Shown piece by piece: positions 16,682-26,102 of a stretch of DNA of 64,000 bases (within the stretch, counting starts at the first letter, position 1; each line of letters begins with the position of its first letter). This stretch comes from Candidatus Micrarchaeota archaeon. Its GTDB lineage: Archaea; Micrarchaeota; Micrarchaeia; Anstonellales; J096. The stretch spans positions 77 to 64,076 of the forward strand of contig WAKO01000003.1 of NCBI GenBank assembly GCA_015523325.1, written 5' to 3'. Made by a program: the position numbers and the translations under genes. The notes beneath the pieces are model-generated. The model ran no database searches. It had not been told where the DNA came from and was given only the letters and a program-made list of their open reading frames with translations.

Positions 16682-17292
16682 GGGATAATATGATAGTTTT
16701 AGGTAATGAGAAGGTTAAGGTTGAGGAGGTTTTGGTTAAGGAGGCTGAGATAAAAGCAAAGAAGCTTGAGAGGCCAAATGTTTTGAACGCTTTTGTTTAT
16801 AAGCTTAAGAGTGGATTTGTTGACTATGCTATTTATATAACTTTGACCTATATTGAAGAGAATGGAAGAAAAAGGCCTTTTGAGATTTTTATTAACAGTA
16901 AAGACCTAACAAGAGCTGCAGAATATGCTGTTTTAACAAGGCTTATCTCTGCAATTTTTAGAAGAAGTGAGGATCCTTCCTTTATCTTAGAGGAGCTTAA
17001 GAGCATTTATGATCCTAATGGAGGGTATTTTAAGGATGGAAAATACATTCCCTCTCTTTATGCTGAGTTGGCTGAGGTGTTGGAAGAGTTTTTTGCTGAG
17101 ATAGGCTTGATAAAAAAGAAACCAAAAAAGGAGTTAGGCCTTAACAACTTCTCCTCTCTTAAGATTGATGATTCTTTAAAGGCAGAATCCTCTCTTAAAA
17201 TTTGCCCTAAGTGTAATCAAAAGACACTAAAACTTGAGAGCGGCTGTATTACTTGCGTAAACCCTGATTGTAACTATAGCAAGTGTGATTGA
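16678..17292 (+). CDS. Class II RNR C-terminal segment with zinc-ribbon (NrdJ-b-like), split from the catalytic ORF
   Basis: Overlaps the nrdJ stop (ATGA). Conserved RNR C-terminal region (PFEIFINSKD). Four-Cys ribbon CPKC...CITCVNPDC. Confidence 0.65.
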   Translation: MRDNMIVLGNEKVKVEEVLVKEAEIKAKKLERPNVLNAFVYKLKSGFVDYAIYITLTYIEENGRKRPFEIFINSKDLTRAAEYAVLTRLISAIFRRSEDPSFILEELKSIYDPNGGYFKDGKYIPSLYAELAEVLEEFFAEIGLIKKKPKKELGLNNFSSLKIDDSLKAESSLKICPKCNQKTLKLESGCITCVNPDCNYSKCD

Positions 17293-17365
17293 GTAAATGA
17301 TTTAAGGGGTAAGATTAAGGGATAGGAGTTAAATTAATCCCTATTTTATTAATTCCTTTTTTATT

Positions 17366-17785
17366 TTATATTTTCAAGCTCTCTCTAAAAGCCTTTGTTA
17401 ATGCCCTTCTCTTTGCCTTTCTTTCAATAAAGAGGAGAAGGTTAACAAAGCTAGAGATATTGAAGGATTTCCTAAGCCTTATTAATATATACTTTGATCT
17501 TATTTTTTCTTTTATTACATCCATAAAGAAAAACCCTTCTTTTACTTCCTCTCTTATATTTTTTGGAAAATAGGAGAGAAGAAATTCTATATTTCTGTTT
17601 ACCAGGCTTAAAGTAATTAAAAGGCTAAACGCATAGGAAAAATAGTAGGGAAAATAGAAAATTCCTTTAACTAAGGAGGGAAAGATAGCTAAAATAAGTG
17701 AGAGATTTAAGTGCCTCTCATAATTTCCTCTCTTTTTCTCTTCAAGAATAGCAAGCAAAAGCAAAAGAGCTGGGAATAATTCCAA
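17366..17785 (-). CDS. Hypothetical small membrane protein
   Basis: Hydrophobic ORF immediately downstream of GGGP synthase on the same strand. Confidence 0.3.
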   Translation of the reverse strand: MELFPALLLLLAILEEKKRGNYERHLNLSLILAIFPSLVKGIFYFPYYFSYAFSLLITLSLVNRNIEFLLSYFPKNIREEVKEGFFFMDVIKEKIRSKYILIRLRKSFNISSFVNLLLFIERKAKRRALTKAFRESLKI

Positions 17786-17843
17786 AGGTATAAAAGGAAA
17801 TATTAAAATAAGGGCTAGAGGAAGTGCTTTAAGGACCTTTATT

Positions 17844-18626
17844 TTAATTACCTCCTCTTCTTTTTCTTCCTTCCTCTCTTATAGCTTTGAGGAGGGCTTC
17901 AATCTTCCTCTTTGAATTATCTTCTTCAAACGCAGTCCCTATCTGCAAAATATCTGCCCCTGCTTTTACAGCATTTTTAGCTTGTTCAGGGGTTTTTATT
18001 CCTCCTGCAACAATATAAGGAAGGTTAATGCTTTTCCTAACCTCTCTTATAAATTCAGGAGGAATAGGCCCCAAACTTGGGTTACTTCCAGCATCATTTA
18101 TGTAAAGTTTAAATCCTATTATCTCTGCCACTTCTCCAAAATAAGCAGCTATTTTTGCTTTATTCCTTGGGATTAAATCTACGTCCCCAACCCATCCTAC
18201 AGTTCCTCCGGGCTCTACAACAACATAGGCTGTGCTTAGGGGCTCTACCCCTATCCTTTTTATGTAGGAAGCAGCCAACATTTGTGCTCTTGTTATCCAA
18301 TAAGGATTTCTTGAGTTTAGTAAGCTCATAAAATATATGGCATCAGCATATTTGCTAACTGTCCCTATATTTCCGGGAAAAAGAACGATAGGAAGGCTTA
18401 CTTCTTGTTTTATACTTTTTATAACATTGTCTAAAAATTCTCCTTGAACCCCTGTGGAGCCTCCAACTAATATTAAATCTCCTCCTACTTCCTCAACGTT
18501 TTTTGTTGTTTTTATTATCTCCTCAATTCCTTTATGGTCTAGAGGATCTATTAGAGAAAAGAGAAGAGCTCCTTTTTTTTCTAAGCTTTCTAAGATATAA
18601 TTGTAAATTCTTTCTTGGTTTTTCAT
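17844..18626 (-). CDS. Geranylgeranylglyceryl phosphate synthase (PcrB/GGGPS family)
   Basis: TIM-barrel GGGPS motifs (LILVGGSTG, YIVAGGGIKT-like YIVAGGIKTPEQA). 260 aa. Confidence 0.85.
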   Translation of the reverse strand: MKNQERIYNYILESLEKKGALLFSLIDPLDHKGIEEIIKTTKNVEEVGGDLILVGGSTGVQGEFLDNVIKSIKQEVSLPIVLFPGNIGTVSKYADAIYFMSLLNSRNPYWITRAQMLAASYIKRIGVEPLSTAYVVVEPGGTVGWVGDVDLIPRNKAKIAAYFGEVAEIIGFKLYINDAGSNPSLGPIPPEFIREVRKSINLPYIVAGGIKTPEQAKNAVKAGADILQIGTAFEEDNSKRKIEALLKAIREEGRKRRGGN

Positions 18627-18756
18627 GTTTCCCTCTCATTTCAGCTTTTATTTTTATTGTGAATCTATCCTTATTGTGTTTATTTTGTGTATACAATACT
18701 TTAAATTAGTTACTTTTTATGATTATACTAATTATCAACCTTATAAATGAGAGTTA

Positions 18757-21700
18757 TTGAGGAGAATGGTTATGCAAATCCTTTCTTTTTTTAATCTTAA
18801 TGGAGAGAAAGCAAGCATTAATTCCAGCTTATTTTACATTTTTCTTTTCTCTTTATATTTGCTTTTAATCTCTCCTTCTTTTTCCCTAATTTTGACTACT
18901 TGCTCAAACATAAGCTATTCTGGAAATTATTCTCTTGGTCAAAATATCAGTATTTCTCTAAACTCTTCTCAAGCTTGTTTTAGCATAGAAGCTCCCAATG
19001 TTTATTTTGATTGTAACGGCAATTCAGTAACCAGTACTTCTCCTTATTCTGGTTTTGCTTTCTCTTTATTAAATGTTTCTAATGTAACACTAAAGAATTG
19101 TAGAGCTTCTTTATTCAATGCATCCTTAATTTTAATCAACTCATCTTCCAATTACCTTTCTGCAAATTCTTTAATAAACAATACTTATGGACTTTATTTT
19201 TCTTCCTCTCCATTTAATCAAGTTAATGACACTAATTCTTCTCTTAATTCCATAGGGATTTTTCTTGATTCTTCTTCCCCCTCAAACCTAATCTTCAATA
19301 ACTTTTTTTCAAATACAATTAATGTTCAAGCAAATTCAGCCTCTTTTTGGAATACTTCGAAAGTAATATCAAAGAATATTCTAGGAGGGGCTTTTATAGG
19401 AGGAAACTTTTACTCCAATTACTCAGGATTTGATGGAGATGGGGATGGAATAGGGGAGAGCCCTTACTTATTTAATAATGGTGTTGATTTCCTTCCATTA
19501 ACAACAAACCTTTCCTTAAATAATTGTTTTTATGCTGGTTATGATAATTTTGTTTATAACATAAATTTTTCAATGAACTTGAATAAATCTGATGGAGCTT
19601 GTATAACTGTTTTGGGAGAGAATGTAAGCATTTATTGTAATGGTTTTGATTTGGTTGGAAATGCTTTGGAGAGTGAGCAATTAAAAGGGATTCTAGTTTT
19701 ATCAAATAATTTTAGTCTTTTTGATTGTTCTGTAATAAATTACTCCTATGGTTTATTTGCTGAGAATGTTTCTTCTCTTAGAGTGGAAAATTCAAGCTTC
19801 TTTAATAGCTCTTTTGGGATTTATCTCTATAATGTTAGCAATTCTTTATTAGAGAACAATTCCTTAATTGGTTTTTATCAAGACTATGTTGGGGACCAAG
19901 ATTATTCTATATTTTCTTTCGCTTCAAGCTTTGAAAGTAGTAACGTGATAAACTCTTCTTTTATTGGTATCTATGCTAATTCTTCTTCCATATCTTCAAA
20001 GGACATATTCTATAATTGTAGCTCTTCTTGTTTTATTTTAGTTAATTCAACAGCAAATTTGTCATCTTTTTCCTATTCCTCAACAACCTATGCTAATTTT
20101 AGTTCTTCAAATATAACCTTGAGAGATTTTGCTGTTGGTTTTTCTAATGAGTTTGGAATCATAAATTGGTCTTATGTTGGACTTTCTCAACTTTTGCTTC
20201 AAGAAGGAAAGAATATAAGGTTAGAAAGGGATTTTGTTTCACTTAACTCCTCTGATCCTTTAGCTTCTCCTCTAAACAAATCTGCAAATGTTACTCTCTT
20301 TATAGAGTATTGCACTTACGATATTTATAAAAAAGTTGGATTTCCTCTCTACAAATTAGATGTTTTGGAAAATGGAAGTGTTTATGAAGATGTTCCTTCT
20401 TGTGCTTTTAACAAAGCTAGGTTTGAGGCGGATTCTTTTTCTGGATTTGCTGCAGGAGTTTCTTTAAACAGTTGGTGGAATTGCTCATTTGCTTATAGGA
20501 TAGTTTATGAAATTAATAATAGCTTTGCAAACGTTTCTGGGGCTATTTTAAGTATTTATATAAACCACTCTATTTATCCTTCTTATTTATTCAAAGAAAA
20601 CGGAGAGGATATAAGGGTTGTTGACAAAAACCTCCAAGAAGTTCCTTTTTATATCTCCTACTTTAATGTTAATTCAACAACGCTGATTTATGCAAAGATT
20701 AACACTACCTTTAATTCTACTGAATATTTGTATGTATATTTTGGAAATGAGGAAGCTTCTTCAAAAAGCAACTTAAGTGCTGTTTTTGATTCTGTTCTGG
20801 AAGTAGGAAGAATAATTTTACCAGCACAAACCTATGCAGGGCAATGGGTGTTGAATGTTAGCTTTAACAATACAATACAAAACCCAGTTCTTGTTTTAGG
20901 TCCAGACGTAACCTATTCTGGAGTTCAAGAGTTTTATCCAAGGGTGAGAAACTTAACTCCTTATGGTTTTGAAATAAGACAACAAGAGCCTTCAAATAGG
21001 GATGACATACATATTAGTGAAACCCTCTATTATTTTGCAATGCCTCAGGGAGTGTATTTAACTGAAGATGGAAAGTTAATTGAGGGAAGAACTCAAATAC
21101 TTTCTATAGCAAAGAATGGTAGGGGGCAACCTCCAACAACTTCCTTAATTTATTTCACTTTACCTTTAAATAACCCTATTGTTGTTTCCTCAGTTGTTGA
21201 TTTTTCTTCTACAAACTATGTGCATACTAGGCAAAGAAACATACAAAGCACTTCCTTTGAACTTTATTTGGAGCCTGAAGAAAATCAAAATGCTGGTTCA
21301 GTTTCCCCAAGCCTAGTCAGTTGGATTGCATTAGAGAATTCTTCAGGAAGTTGGGATGGAAAGCTTTATGAAACCTCTCTTCTCACAACAAACCAGAACT
21401 TTGGAGTGTTAAGCTTTTTGAATAATTATAGCTATCCAGCAGTAGTTGCCAGTATGCAAACATTGAATGGAGGTGATTCAGCGGTTTTGAGGGGAAGAAA
21501 CTTACAAAGCAATTCTGTTGAATTAAGAGTTCAAGAAGATACAACTAGAGATGCAGAAACAAACCATGTTAATGAGGTTATAGGGGTTTTTGTTTTTGAA
21601 GAAGGTGTTTATCCTCTAAGACCTTACACTCCAAACATATCTATAAATGAATCATTTGCAAATATAACTAAGAGGGTTAACCTAACCTATCCAAATACCG

Positions 21701-24700
21701 GTCTTAAAGTTGATAAAGGGGAGGAGTTTACTGTTTCCTGTGAAATAAAAGCTAATGAATGTTTTGGTTGTTCAACATCTGGGTTTACTTATCTACAATT
21801 CTTTAATGGAAGTGATTGGATAACAGCAAATTCAACAACCTTACTTTCAACCCCCCTCAATGGAATTTCAACAACTCTTTCCTGTCCTTCTAGCCAAACA
21901 GTGAACTTTACGGCAAAAATAAATGAGTTGAATCAAACACTTAGGATTAGGTGTTTAACTACTTCCTCCTCAAATGCTAGTTATAGGTCAAACCAAGTTG
22001 TTGTTATAGCCCCTTACTATGAAATTGAGATAACAAACCCTGAAAACTATGAGATAGTTTACAAAGGCTCTTCTGTTCCAATAAATGTTAAAGAGTTATT
22101 TGGAAAGGACGATATAATTTATGTTAATATTTCAATAGATGGGGTTAACTACACAGCAATAGAAATATTCCCTGATGTTTGGGAGTATGTTTGGAACATT
22201 CCTCCAACACAACCAGAGGGTTTTGTTAAAATAATTGCTTATGCTTTCAACTCCACCTCTTTAGTAGCTACAAAAGAAATAGAGGTTTATGTTAGAGAAC
22301 AAGTTGTTTGTGAGTGGGTTAATACAACTTTTAAGTATAAAATAGCTGCTTTAATAAGAAATACTGAGAACTATGATATTGGAGAGGTTATGGTTCCTCT
22401 AACCTTGAAAGATTTGAACTTTTCTCTCTTCCAACCTAATGGAGAAGACCTCTACATTGTTGATTTAAATAATAATGAGATTCCATTTTGGATAGAGCAA
22501 TGGAACTTTAACAACCAAAGCATAGTTTGGGTAAGGCTTAACTTTACAGGAGGAGAGACTAAGATAATAAATATTTATTTTGGAAATGAAAGTGGAGTAG
22601 TTCCTTTAAGCAATAGAACCAACACATTCTTCAGACCTTTTGGAAAGCCCTATTATGTTGCTTTTCATGCTTCTCTTTCTGGGGCTCTAAACCTAACAAG
22701 CTATGTTGACAACAACTATTTGGTTAGTAGCTCATTAAATCAAATTGTGAATGAAAAGCAAGTTGTTGCAACTTCTTTCAATAAAGGGGAGTTAATAAAC
22801 TCCACTTATCCTATTGCTTCAACAATAACCCAAAACGCTGGGGATAGTGTTATTCCTATTGCCTTTGCAGGAACGACTTTTGTTTATCCATTTGGGGCTA
22901 GGACAGGAAGTACAGATAGCTTTTCCTTTTATGCTGTGTTTAATGACTCTTTTGTAGAGGTTTTTAGTGATGGAACTTTGGTTAATTCTGTTAATGTTCC
23001 TCAAGGCAGTTGGGTAACAATAACTGCTGATATTGCAAATAATCAAAATGCTATAATAAAGGCCTCTTCCCCAATCATTGCTTATCATGACGGAGGGAAT
23101 AGGGATTCAGTAATAATGGTTCCAGCATCTACTGAGCTCTATGGAATCTCCTCCTCTGCCTTTGTTTCAGCTCTTCAAGACAACACTTTGGTTACTATTT
23201 ATGATAGCAGTGGAGCTGTTTATTCAACAATTCTTTCTTCAAATGGATTCTTTAATATTGGAGGAGGAGGTTCTCAAGGAACAGGGGTTGCAGTTAGGCT
23301 TGTTGCAGACAAACCTATAGGAGCTATTCAAAGAGCTGATGGGGATGGAGTGGAGGAGAGCACCTTTCTCCCTCTTTCTGAGCTTGATAACTATTATGTG
23401 CTTCCAACAACTGCTGAATATGTAGCAATAGCCTGTCCTTATCCAACAGCAATTGACATTTACTCCCCTTCAGGGGTTTTAATAACCACCTTAAATTGTA
23501 ATGCTCTTCCCCCAAACCCTGGGAAAGCCTATTATTCAGCAACAAACCTTGTTGCAGGGACTTCCTTAAATTCCTCTTTGCCTTTCTATTTGTATTATGA
23601 GAGCATCCATCCAGGGGAGAATTCAGGAGGAGAAACAAATATTCTCTCCTTTAAGCAATTTAGAGGTTACACCTCTCCTTTAGCTGTTTATGTTGGAAAA
23701 GTTGAAAACAGAACTTCTGATTTGGAGGTGTTGCCTTTTATTCTCCCTACAGAAAAGAAAGAATTTGAGGATATAAACTTTTCTTCTATAATAGTTAATA
23801 ATAGAGTAGCCACCCCTTCTCCATTCAACGTTTCCTTTATTGTTGAATTCAATTCAATTAATTACACAATAGATAAGGTTGAGGTCCCTTCTTTAGCTTG
23901 TGGAGCTAATGTTTCCTTAAACTTCTCTCTCAACCATTCTAATTTGGCAGGAGGAGTTGGAATAAAGAAGCTAATAGTTTTTGCTGATGAGGATAATGTT
24001 GTTAATGAAGTTGATGAAAATAACAATATTTATTCCAGAGATGTTTCCTATTCAAAAGCTCTTTTGACAACTTGTAGGAATGCCTTGGCCGTGAATAGAA
24101 ATATAACTAAGGGAGCTATTTTAACTTTAAGAGCTATTGATGATTCTATTTATCCAATTTACAATGTTTCTTTGAGCTATTCCCCTAGCTCTCCTCCTCT
24201 TCCTTCTAGTTGTGTTTTATTTTCCCCTTCTTTCTTCTCTTCAATTCCAGCTTTAGGTTATTATAATTATTCCTTTATCGTTAACGTTTCTTGTGCTCCT
24301 ATTGGAACTAGCTTAGGATTAATAAAGTTGGATGGATTAGATTATTATCAAGACCACAACCTTTCTCAGGAGGTTTGCCAAATATCCTTAACAAAAGATT
24401 CAAATGGAGTTGTTGTTGGATCTAGCCTAATAGATTTCTCTGTTGTTGAGCCATTCTCTTATAATCAAATTAATTTCACAATTCAAAACAACGATGAGGG
24501 AAACATAACTAACTTATCCTTTACTTTCTCCAACATGCTAGCTAATCCTTCCTCGAACATTATTCCTTCCTCTTCTCTCTCCTACATTTCTGTTTTACCT
24601 ATTGAGAATGGCTCTTCAAAAGACCAGCTTATTTCTATAAACTTATCAAACACTATGCCAGGACTTTATTTGGGAAATGCAAATTCCTCCTTTTATTTCA

Positions 24701-26016
24701 ATGATAACTACTCTTTAGTTATAGAAGCTAATTTCACAACAAGGGTTAGGGTTCCATTTATTTATGATTTAGATGGAGATGGCTCTAATGAGTGGGTTTT
24801 TGATGATAATAATAATTATAATCCTGATGCTGATAGCTTTGTTGATTATGGAGATCCAACTCCTTCAGTCTTAATTTATAACAGCACTACTCTAACCTCT
24901 TCTTCTAAAAGAGGATTCTTAATAGATACTAATGGAGATAACCTTCCAGATAAGTTTTGGGATCCTACTTTTTATGGAAATCAAAGTGGTTTGGTTACAA
25001 ATGTAAATCAAACAGATTCAAACAATGATGGTGTTTTGGATTTCTTGATAGATAATGATGGAGATGGTATTTATGAGAGGGTTTTTGATGGAAAAAGGGA
25101 TTATGAACTTCCTGATTTGGTTATGGAGGCTATAAACGTTTATCCTAAGTTTAGCTCAAAGAGGATTAACATAACAATAAATGTTACAGTAAACAATTCA
25201 GGAGGCTTTAATGCAAGTAATTTTGAAGTGGGGCTTTATGTTAATGGAAATTATATATCAAACCAATCTGTTGCATTTTTGGGGGCTGGAGATAAAATAA
25301 ACTTGACTTTCTTATATGAGAATTCTTTTAGAGGTAATTCTACTGTTCTTGTTAGGGCAGACATCTTAAATGTTATTTATGAAAGTAATGACACAAGGCA
25401 GGGTTGGAACCTCTCTAATAACCAAATAAGTGATTGGTTTTACTCCAATCTATCTCATTGGGCTTATATTTATGGAAAGATAAACACTTCTCTAATATTA
25501 TCTGATTCTACCAATGTTTTTTATAAGTGGATTTGGAATGGAACAGGAAATGTTTATGTTGTTCCTCAAAACTCTTTTCCTTCTCTCTCCTCTTTAGTTG
25601 CTTTAGGAAGAACCCCTTCTTTAACTCCTTCTCTTTCTGATTTTGATGAGTTTGATAGCTTAGTTGGGCTTTCTGGATATAGTGATAGCTCAAGAAATCT
25701 CTATACAATTGGGGATGGTTCAACACCAAAGGAAACTCTAAATATTACTTTCTTTGATTACACCATTTATTACTCTCCAATCTATAATAGCTCTGACTAC
25801 TACACTGAATTTGTTACAGCTATAGCTTGGGATAGTAGTGATGACACAAACGGAGAATTTGATATTTCTGATAATGAAGATGTTGTATTAATATCACCTA
25901 TAAAATTAAATTCTACTGGAAGTTTTGGCGTTTATGATTATGAGATTAGAGTCCCAGAGTTTTTTGATACTTATAAAGGAGGTAGTTATGTTGAGATCTG
26001 GATGGAGATTAGATAG
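18757..26016 (+). CDS. Giant (2,419 aa) secreted or surface protein with parallel beta-helix repeats, dockerin/EF-hand-like Ca-binding repeats and a CARDB-like domain. Heavily N-glycosylation-sequon rich.
   Basis: N-terminal signal/anchor. Extreme N/S/T content with hundreds of N-x-S/T sequons. Beta-helix-type repeats (NSS.FN.S.GIYLYN.SNS). DxDGDG Ca-binding motifs near 24,770-25,100. A CARDB-like segment near the C-terminus. No C-terminal TM. Confidence 0.8.
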   Translation: MRRMVMQILSFFNLNGEKASINSSLFYIFLFSLYLLLISPSFSLILTTCSNISYSGNYSLGQNISISLNSSQACFSIEAPNVYFDCNGNSVTSTSPYSGFAFSLLNVSNVTLKNCRASLFNASLILINSSSNYLSANSLINNTYGLYFSSSPFNQVNDTNSSLNSIGIFLDSSSPSNLIFNNFFSNTINVQANSASFWNTSKVISKNILGGAFIGGNFYSNYSGFDGDGDGIGESPYLFNNGVDFLPLTTNLSLNNCFYAGYDNFVYNINFSMNLNKSDGACITVLGENVSIYCNGFDLVGNALESEQLKGILVLSNNFSLFDCSVINYSYGLFAENVSSLRVENSSFFNSSFGIYLYNVSNSLLENNSLIGFYQDYVGDQDYSIFSFASSFESSNVINSSFIGIYANSSSISSKDIFYNCSSSCFILVNSTANLSSFSYSSTTYANFSSSNITLRDFAVGFSNEFGIINWSYVGLSQLLLQEGKNIRLERDFVSLNSSDPLASPLNKSANVTLFIEYCTYDIYKKVGFPLYKLDVLENGSVYEDVPSCAFNKARFEADSFSGFAAGVSLNSWWNCSFAYRIVYEINNSFANVSGAILSIYINHSIYPSYLFKENGEDIRVVDKNLQEVPFYISYFNVNSTTLIYAKINTTFNSTEYLYVYFGNEEASSKSNLSAVFDSVLEVGRIILPAQTYAGQWVLNVSFNNTIQNPVLVLGPDVTYSGVQEFYPRVRNLTPYGFEIRQQEPSNRDDIHISETLYYFAMPQGVYLTEDGKLIEGRTQILSIAKNGRGQPPTTSLIYFTLPLNNPIVVSSVVDFSSTNYVHTRQRNIQSTSFELYLEPEENQNAGSVSPSLVSWIALENSSGSWDGKLYETSLLTTNQNFGVLSFLNNYSYPAVVASMQTLNGGDSAVLRGRNLQSNSVELRVQEDTTRDAETNHVNEVIGVFVFEEGVYPLRPYTPNISINESFANITKRVNLTYPNTGLKVDKGEEFTVSCEIKANECFGCSTSGFTYLQFFNGSDWITANSTTLLSTPLNGISTTLSCPSSQTVNFTAKINELNQTLRIRCLTTSSSNASYRSNQVVVIAPYYEIEITNPENYEIVYKGSSVPINVKELFGKDDIIYVNISIDGVNYTAIEIFPDVWEYVWNIPPTQPEGFVKIIAYAFNSTSLVATKEIEVYVREQVVCEWVNTTFKYKIAALIRNTENYDIGEVMVPLTLKDLNFSLFQPNGEDLYIVDLNNNEIPFWIEQWNFNNQSIVWVRLNFTGGETKIINIYFGNESGVVPLSNRTNTFFRPFGKPYYVAFHASLSGALNLTSYVDNNYLVSSSLNQIVNEKQVVATSFNKGELINSTYPIASTITQNAGDSVIPIAFAGTTFVYPFGARTGSTDSFSFYAVFNDSFVEVFSDGTLVNSVNVPQGSWVTITADIANNQNAIIKASSPIIAYHDGGNRDSVIMVPASTELYGISSSAFVSALQDNTLVTIYDSSGAVYSTILSSNGFFNIGGGGSQGTGVAVRLVADKPIGAIQRADGDGVEESTFLPLSELDNYYVLPTTAEYVAIACPYPTAIDIYSPSGVLITTLNCNALPPNPGKAYYSATNLVAGTSLNSSLPFYLYYESIHPGENSGGETNILSFKQFRGYTSPLAVYVGKVENRTSDLEVLPFILPTEKKEFEDINFSSIIVNNRVATPSPFNVSFIVEFNSINYTIDKVEVPSLACGANVSLNFSLNHSNLAGGVGIKKLIVFADEDNVVNEVDENNNIYSRDVSYSKALLTTCRNALAVNRNITKGAILTLRAIDDSIYPIYNVSLSYSPSSPPLPSSCVLFSPSFFSSIPALGYYNYSFIVNVSCAPIGTSLGLIKLDGLDYYQDHNLSQEVCQISLTKDSNGVVVGSSLIDFSVVEPFSYNQINFTIQNNDEGNITNLSFTFSNMLANPSSNIIPSSSLSYISVLPIENGSSKDQLISINLSNTMPGLYLGNANSSFYFNDNYSLVIEANFTTRVRVPFIYDLDGDGSNEWVFDDNNNYNPDADSFVDYGDPTPSVLIYNSTTLTSSSKRGFLIDTNGDNLPDKFWDPTFYGNQSGLVTNVNQTDSNNDGVLDFLIDNDGDGIYERVFDGKRDYELPDLVMEAINVYPKFSSKRINITINVTVNNSGGFNASNFEVGLYVNGNYISNQSVAFLGAGDKINLTFLYENSFRGNSTVLVRADILNVIYESNDTRQGWNLSNNQISDWFYSNLSHWAYIYGKINTSLILSDSTNVFYKWIWNGTGNVYVVPQNSFPSLSSLVALGRTPSLTPSLSDFDEFDSLVGLSGYSDSSRNLYTIGDGSTPKETLNITFFDYTIYYSPIYNSSDYYTEFVTAIAWDSSDDTNGEFDISDNEDVVLISPIKLNSTGSFGVYDYEIRVPEFFDTYKGGSYVEIWMEIR

Positions 26017-26102
26017 TAATTTAATATTACTAGTTTTTAAACTTTCCCGTATTAAAAATTTCTATAAATTAAATTAAAATTATTAGAGAGAGGTAAACGG
26101 AA

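Noticed and set aside
19472-25729. Several 70-105-aa minus-strand ORFs inside the giant surface-protein gene (19472-19705, 22819-23088, 23324-23638, 25508-25729)
   Set aside because: Embedded antisense within a continuous 7.2-kb reading frame with consistent composition.
18757-26016. Possibility that the N/S-rich internal repeats of the giant gene represent a CRISPR array or tandem DNA repeat
   Set aside because: No regular direct repeats with unique spacers. Periodicity exists only at the protein-motif level within one long ORF.
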